From Endomicrobiia bacterium (GTDB lineage: Bacteria; Elusimicrobiota; Endomicrobiia; DTEH01), in the NCBI GenBank assembly GCA_039630545.1, contig JBCNUU010000003.1, forward strand, positions 34,582 to 98,581: a DNA stretch of 64,000 nucleotides, in the 5' to 3' direction. This document shows, in pieces, positions 59,078 through 64,000 of the stretch (position 1 is the stretch's first letter; each line of letters begins with the position of its first letter). The notes under the pieces are model-generated. The model saw nothing but the letters and a program-made list of their open reading frames with translations. It had not been told where the DNA came from and searched no databases. Both the position numbers and the translations under genes were made by a program.

Positions 59078-60848
59078 ATTTGGACTCATCTTTTTTTTTA
59101 TTTTATCTTTCTTGTTTTTTTTATGTTATGCAGAGTTTAATTTTGGTGTAATTCAAGCAATAAAAAATACAGCTAAAAAATTTAAAAAGCAAGAGATATC
59201 CGTCCCAAAAGAAAATCATCCCCCAGTGATATCAGGGCTAAGTTCAAACCCTTCTTATGTATTTATAGACAAAATAGCAGTAGTTATCTGTTTTGCATAT
59301 GATGAAGACAACGATCCTCTAAGTTACAGCTGGTCATCTGATGCAGGAAGTATTTCTGTTGCTTCTACTGAAGGACATATTATACACTGGAATGCTCCAT
59401 TAAGTTCTGGAACATACAACATAAGTTGTGTTGTAAAAGACCCTCAAGGGCTTTCTGCTTTAAGTAGTTTAGCTATTTTGGTAAAATACAACTACGCACC
59501 AAAACTTGTTTGGACAGAAGAACCCGGTTATGAAAACGATGCCGTTGAACCGGATACAGCACCAATAACTGCTACATTTGAATTTCGTATTAAATATATT
59601 GACAAAGATGGTGACCCACCAATGTCAGGTTATCCTTATTTGCATATTGAAAAATCCGGTCAAAAAATTTATGGAAGTCCTTTTGCGATGAACTATGTGT
59701 CTGGAGAGCCATTAGATGGTGCTATATTTTCTCGAAGTTTTTCTTTTTATGAAAGATTGCTTCCACAAGCAACAGATTACAAATACTATTTTGAAGCTCG
59801 CGATCAACACGGGAATTATACTTTTACAGCTAAATTACCTTGTCCTTATATTTCGTCATTCTGGGAAATCCAGGAGGTTGATATATCCACAGATATAGCA
59901 GGAAACACATCAATAGTGCTTGATAGTTTTTCAAATCCACATATTTGTTATTTTGATTATGAAGAATTAATTCTTAAATATGCGAGCTTTAAAGATACCT
60001 GGTCTATTTCTATAGTTGACTCTGGTTCTATCTTTTGCAGCATGTGTTGTGATTCTTCTGATGTAATACATATCGCTTATTATTCCAACGGAAAGCTAAA
60101 ATACGCTAAAAAACTTAACAACTTTTGGCATATAGAAACAGTAGATACAGGAAGTGTAGGTCAGTACAACTCTATAGCAGTTGACTCTTTTGGGAATGTG
60201 CATATTTCCTACTATGATTTAGGAAATCAAGACCTGAAATATGCAAAGCATAATGGCGTTTCCTGGTCTACATATACCGTTGATTCTTCAGGTAATGTGG
60301 GGACATACTCTTCTTTAGTAGTTGACTCATCAGGGAATGTTCATATTTCTTATTGTGATCTAAATTATCTTTTACAAACTTATTTGTTAAAATATGCAAA
60401 ATACGATGGAATTTCCTGGACAACATCTACTTTGACAACTCAGGAAGAAGCAGTTGCCGGCTATAGTCCTATAGCAGTTGACTCATTAAATAGACCATGG
60501 ATTGCATACTTTGATGATAAAAGTCACAGGTTAAATTGTATAAACTGGATTGAAGTTGGAAGCTTTAAAGGATGGAGAAGAGAAACAATTGAAAGGGATA
60601 TAGTTAGTTGTGGTGATATTTCTATTAAACTGGATTCTGATGGTTGGCCCTGTGTTTCATATTTTACACAGGATGGTTTAAAACACGCAAAAAAAATCTC
60701 TGGTGGTTGGTTTATACAATTTGTAGAGCAGTCCAGTAATTTAGTTCTTGGAGACAACTCGTTAGTAATTGACAAGTCCAATATTCCTCATATTTCATAT
60801 TTTGACCCGCAAAGAAACTGTCTTAAATATGCTAAATGGAGGCCATAG
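59058..60848 (+). CDS. Secreted protein with Ig/PKD-like domains and beta-propeller-like repeats
   Basis: Signal peptide; DEDNDPLSYSW; repeated LKYA...W...VDS.G.VG.Y.S..VDS.GN.HISY. Confidence 0.7.
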   Translation: MKINLSKFGLIFFFILSFLFFLCYAEFNFGVIQAIKNTAKKFKKQEISVPKENHPPVISGLSSNPSYVFIDKIAVVICFAYDEDNDPLSYSWSSDAGSISVASTEGHIIHWNAPLSSGTYNISCVVKDPQGLSALSSLAILVKYNYAPKLVWTEEPGYENDAVEPDTAPITATFEFRIKYIDKDGDPPMSGYPYLHIEKSGQKIYGSPFAMNYVSGEPLDGAIFSRSFSFYERLLPQATDYKYYFEARDQHGNYTFTAKLPCPYISSFWEIQEVDISTDIAGNTSIVLDSFSNPHICYFDYEELILKYASFKDTWSISIVDSGSIFCSMCCDSSDVIHIAYYSNGKLKYAKKLNNFWHIETVDTGSVGQYNSIAVDSFGNVHISYYDLGNQDLKYAKHNGVSWSTYTVDSSGNVGTYSSLVVDSSGNVHISYCDLNYLLQTYLLKYAKYDGISWTTSTLTTQEEAVAGYSPIAVDSLNRPWIAYFDDKSHRLNCINWIEVGSFKGWRRETIERDIVSCGDISIKLDSDGWPCVSYFTQDGLKHAKKISGGWFIQFVEQSSNLVLGDNSLVIDKSNIPHISYFDPQRNCLKYAKWRP

Positions 60849-60856
60849 TTTAATTT

Positions 60857-61306
60857 ATGAAAAAAACTTTTTGTGTTTTATCTTTAGTGTTTCTTTTGAC
60901 ACATTTAATCTTTCCAAAAGAAGTAGCAGTTGGTATTGGTTGGCCTTATATAGCAGCAAAATATAATTTTTCTAAAAAGTTTTCTACTGAGATAAAATTT
61001 GCTTCTTTAGAGAACATAAATGTATATGCTTTAAGAGGTTATTTTAATTTTTATACTTACAAAAATTTAAGAAGTTTTTCAGGCATAGACACGGGCTACA
61101 CAACATTTGATACATCAGGATTTAAAGGTAGTGGTTTTATAGGAGGAATATTTGTAGGTGGAGAGTATTTTATAACAAAAAGGTTATCTTTTTGTTGTGA
61201 TATAGCTTCTACATTTATTAACTTAAAATCAGACAATTTAAAAGCAAGCGGTATTGAATTTATAGCAAATTTTGCAATTTATTGGTGGTTTCTAGTTAAC
61301 AAATGA
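60857..61306 (+). CDS. Small outer-membrane beta-barrel-like protein
   Basis: Signal peptide; GIFVGGEYF strand pattern. Confidence 0.5.
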   Translation: MKKTFCVLSLVFLLTHLIFPKEVAVGIGWPYIAAKYNFSKKFSTEIKFASLENINVYALRGYFNFYTYKNLRSFSGIDTGYTTFDTSGFKGSGFIGGIFVGGEYFITKRLSFCCDIASTFINLKSDNLKASGIEFIANFAIYWWFLVNK

Positions 61307-62217
61307 TAAACAAAATTTTTTCCTTTATTACAAAAAATCTTGTTATCTGGGTAATTTTATGCGTAGTTTTAGGATATACACACCCATCTTTTCTAGTTAA
61401 ACTTAAACCTTACAACGATTGGTTTTTTACCTTGACGATGTTTGGAATTGGTTTTGTTCTTAATTTTGAAGATTTTATTTATGTATTTAGAAAGTTTTAT
61501 ATTGTTTTGTTAGGGACTGCTGCTCAATTTTTAATAATGCCATTTGGTGGATGGTTAGCTGGAAAGATTTTTAGTTTTAATGATAACATAAAACTTGGCT
61601 TTATCATAACAGGAGCAGTTCCTGGTGCTATGGCTTCAAATATAATTTCATACCTTGCAAAAGCAGATGTTGCATATTCAATCTCGCTTACAACAACTTC
61701 TACATTTTTGGCACCTTTTTTGACTCCACTTTTTACTTACATATATGCATCAAGTTTTATAAGAATTGAATTTTGGAAGATGTTTTTTAGTATATTAAAA
61801 ATGGTGGTGATACCTGTTATTTTGGGACTCATAATAAAAAATAAACTTAAAGGAAAAATTGAAAGTTTTGTAAACATATTTCCTGCGTTATCCACAACAT
61901 TTATAGCATTTATATGCGGTCTTGTAGTTGCATTGAATAGAGATTCTATATCAAAATCAAGTTTGTTTATTGTTGTAGCAGTTATGTTTTTAAACTTCTG
62001 GGGATTAATTTTAGGGTATCTTGCAGGAATAATATATAAACTACCACAAAACCAGAGACGAACTCTGTCAATAGAAGTTGGGATGCAAAATGCGGGGCTT
62101 GGCGCTGTTTTGTCTTTGAAACATTTTACAAACGAAGTTGCACTACCATCAGCACTTTTTGCAACTTTCTGTGTAATCACAGCATCAGTTTTAGCAAAAA
62201 TATGGAGCAAAAAATGA
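61303..62217 (+). CDS. Bile acid:sodium symporter family transporter
   Basis: MFGIG, PGAMASN, SIEVGMQNAGL. Confidence 0.9.
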   Translation: MINKIFSFITKNLVIWVILCVVLGYTHPSFLVKLKPYNDWFFTLTMFGIGFVLNFEDFIYVFRKFYIVLLGTAAQFLIMPFGGWLAGKIFSFNDNIKLGFIITGAVPGAMASNIISYLAKADVAYSISLTTTSTFLAPFLTPLFTYIYASSFIRIEFWKMFFSILKMVVIPVILGLIIKNKLKGKIESFVNIFPALSTTFIAFICGLVVALNRDSISKSSLFIVVAVMFLNFWGLILGYLAGIIYKLPQNQRRTLSIEVGMQNAGLGAVLSLKHFTNEVALPSALFATFCVITASVLAKIWSKK

Positions 62218-62606
62218 AAAAATTAGAAATAAAATGGCAAAGGTTGGTCTATAAAGGAAAAACCTGTCCCAGGTGCTCTCATACAGAAAAAGAAATTAAG
62301 AAAGCAGTTTCTATGCTTAAAAGAATTTGTAAAAACTACGGAATAAACCTTGTATTTAAGAAAGAAAAAATTTCTAAACAAGAATTTGAGAAAAATCCGT
62401 TAAACTCAAACAAAATATTAATAAATAACAAACCTATTGAAAAATATCTAAACGCAAAAACATCAAAAAGTAAATGCTGTGATGTTTGTGGTCCTGTTGA
62501 ATGCAGAACTTTAGTTGTCAATAAAAATCAATATGAAACAATACCTGCAAACTTAATCATCCAGGCAGGATTAGATGCTATGTTAAAAATTTTATCAAAA
62601 GGATAA
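62214..62606 (+). CDS. DUF2703-like Cys-rich protein
   Basis: WQRLV..TCPRC, SN.I.IN, CCDVCG..ECRT, YETIP. Confidence 0.75.
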   Translation: MKKLEIKWQRLVYKGKTCPRCSHTEKEIKKAVSMLKRICKNYGINLVFKKEKISKQEFEKNPLNSNKILINNKPIEKYLNAKTSKSKCCDVCGPVECRTLVVNKNQYETIPANLIIQAGLDAMLKILSKG

Positions 62607-62611
62607 ATTAA

Positions 62612-63247
62612 ATGAAAAATTCAAACATTAAAAAAATCATTGAAATTTTACAAAAAGAATATCCTGATGCAAAAACTGCGCTTAAATTTTCAAACCCTTT
62701 AGAGATACTTGTTGCAACAATACTTTCAGCACAATGCACTGACGAAAGAGTAAACAAAGTTACAGCAGAACTTTTTAAGAAATACAAAACAGTAGACGAC
62801 TACGCGAACGCAAACATAAAAAAATTTGAACAGGAAATAAAATCAACTGGTTTTTATAAAATGAAAGCAAAAAACATAATAAACGCAGCAAAGATGATCA
62901 AAGAAAAATTTAACGGCAAAGTCCCTGACAATATGGAGGACTTACTTAAACTGCCAGGTGTAGCAAGAAAAACAGCAAATGTTGTCTTAGGCAACGCCTA
63001 CGGCAAAGTTGAAGGCATTGTAGTTGACACCCATGTGAGACGTCTTTCATACAGAATCGGTCTAACTAAAAACACAGACCCTAACAAGATTGAACAGGAT
63101 TTAATGAAAATTGTTCCCAAAGATAAATGGTTTATATTCTCATATTTACTAATAGATCATGGCCGCAAAATCTGTACTGCAAGAAAACCGTTGTGTGATA
63201 AATGTGTGATTGAAAAGTTGTGTGAGAAAAATTTTACCAGTAGTTAA
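62612..63247 (+). CDS. nth: Endonuclease III
   Basis: LSAQCTD, LPGVARKTAN, VDTHV, C-terminal 4Fe-4S cysteines. Confidence 0.96.
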   Translation: MKNSNIKKIIEILQKEYPDAKTALKFSNPLEILVATILSAQCTDERVNKVTAELFKKYKTVDDYANANIKKFEQEIKSTGFYKMKAKNIINAAKMIKEKFNGKVPDNMEDLLKLPGVARKTANVVLGNAYGKVEGIVVDTHVRRLSYRIGLTKNTDPNKIEQDLMKIVPKDKWFIFSYLLIDHGRKICTARKPLCDKCVIEKLCEKNFTSS

Positions 63248-63360
63248 AAATTATGGAAAATATACATAAATATCAAAATATTGTTGACGATGTAGTATAC
63301 ACAAAATTTAGCTAGTCTGTATCATGATATTTTATCTAATTCCAAAAAGCTTTAAAAGTA

Positions 63361-63918
63361 ATGAAGCACAAAAAAGAAGAGCGGTTTAGGAAAAAATTAA
63401 AGTATACACTTAAAAATATGTTTAAGACTGACACAAATATAGAAATTTCTGATAAAAGATCTTTATTATATAAAGTCTTTGTTGACCAAGAGCTAAATTA
63501 CACTCCATCTACACCAAAAAATCCAAAAAGAGGAGACTTTGCTTTTGAAACAGATATCCTGATATCAAAAAAGTTAAAGAGTGATACCTTTATTCCATTA
63601 ATTGTTTTAGAAGTCAAGCATGGAGGCTTTTCTACACATGATGTACTCACATATTCTTCAAAAGCAATTAAACATAAAGAAATTTATCCATATTTAAGGT
63701 ATGGCTTAATTGTTAGTAAAAAGAAAAATATCGATACTAAATTTTTTATACACAATGTTGGTTTTGATTTTGCTATTTCGTTTGAAAAACTGGATAAAAA
63801 TGCACTGAGAGATATTAAAAATATGATAAAGAATCAAATAGAAATTGCAGAGAATATCTTGAGTATATTTTCTGGCAAAAAAGTAAAATATTATAATACT
63901 CAAGTTACAATAAAGTAG
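63361..63918 (+). CDS. PD-(D/E)XK nuclease-like hypothetical protein
   Basis: FETDILI...IVLEVK motif. Confidence 0.55.
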   Translation: MKHKKEERFRKKLKYTLKNMFKTDTNIEISDKRSLLYKVFVDQELNYTPSTPKNPKRGDFAFETDILISKKLKSDTFIPLIVLEVKHGGFSTHDVLTYSSKAIKHKEIYPYLRYGLIVSKKKNIDTKFFIHNVGFDFAISFEKLDKNALRDIKNMIKNQIEIAENILSIFSGKKVKYYNTQVTIK

Positions 63919-63920
63919 CA

Positions 63921-64000
63921 ATGACTATGACACTCAAAATAGCACTTATAACTCCGGGTGGAGATGCGCCCGGGATGAATGCGGCAATAAGAGCAGTAGT
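63921..64000 (+). CDS. pfkA: 6-phosphofructokinase, N-terminus (runs off window end)
   Basis: Hand translation: MTMTLKIALITPGGDAPGMNAAIRAV. Confidence 0.85.
   Translation, partial: MTMTLKIALITPGGDAPGMNAAIRAV

Noticed and set aside
55804..61896. Isolated perfect DnaA boxes at ~55804 and ~61888
   Set aside because: Single copies inside coding sequence; expected by chance.

Overview
AT-rich bacterial chromosomal segment with about 60 genes; no rRNA, tRNA, CRISPR array or IS element was recognised. Lineage is an inference only: the Ser/Thr-rich secreted proteins and porin-type genes suggest a diderm such as Elusimicrobiota. All genes left of ~10.8 kb lie on the minus strand and most genes to the right lie on the plus strand. 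At the switch are a near-perfect parS palindrome (9276-9291) and a non-coding AT-rich gap with paired DnaA boxes (10145-10316), a probable oriC with no dnaA gene in the window. Other contents: rimO; a minor-pilin cluster; phoB/phoR; a Cys/Ser/Gly-tail protein + LolA-like + YidD-TPR-TM2 cassette; a truncated pyk; a small sigma-70 factor between two matching 4x11-bp Pho-box-like arrays, heading a porin-pstSCAB-arsC-phoU cluster; a cobalamin riboswitch over thyX-unknown-nrdD-nrdG-metE; gyrA; a PflX-like radical SAM coupled to a membrane spermidine-synthase-like gene; a UV/DNA-repair cluster joined to a TPM-NTase-LemA unit; purC; larE; a decayed cNMP-binding gene; an ECF sigma/zinc anti-sigma pair leading into a partial Na+-type V/A-ATPase operon interrupted by a ParB-N gene; nth; an orphan PD-(D/E)XK nuclease; and the start of pfkA. 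Some CDS starts were moved from the ORF track to better-supported ATGs. All family calls are from motif recognition, not database searches.
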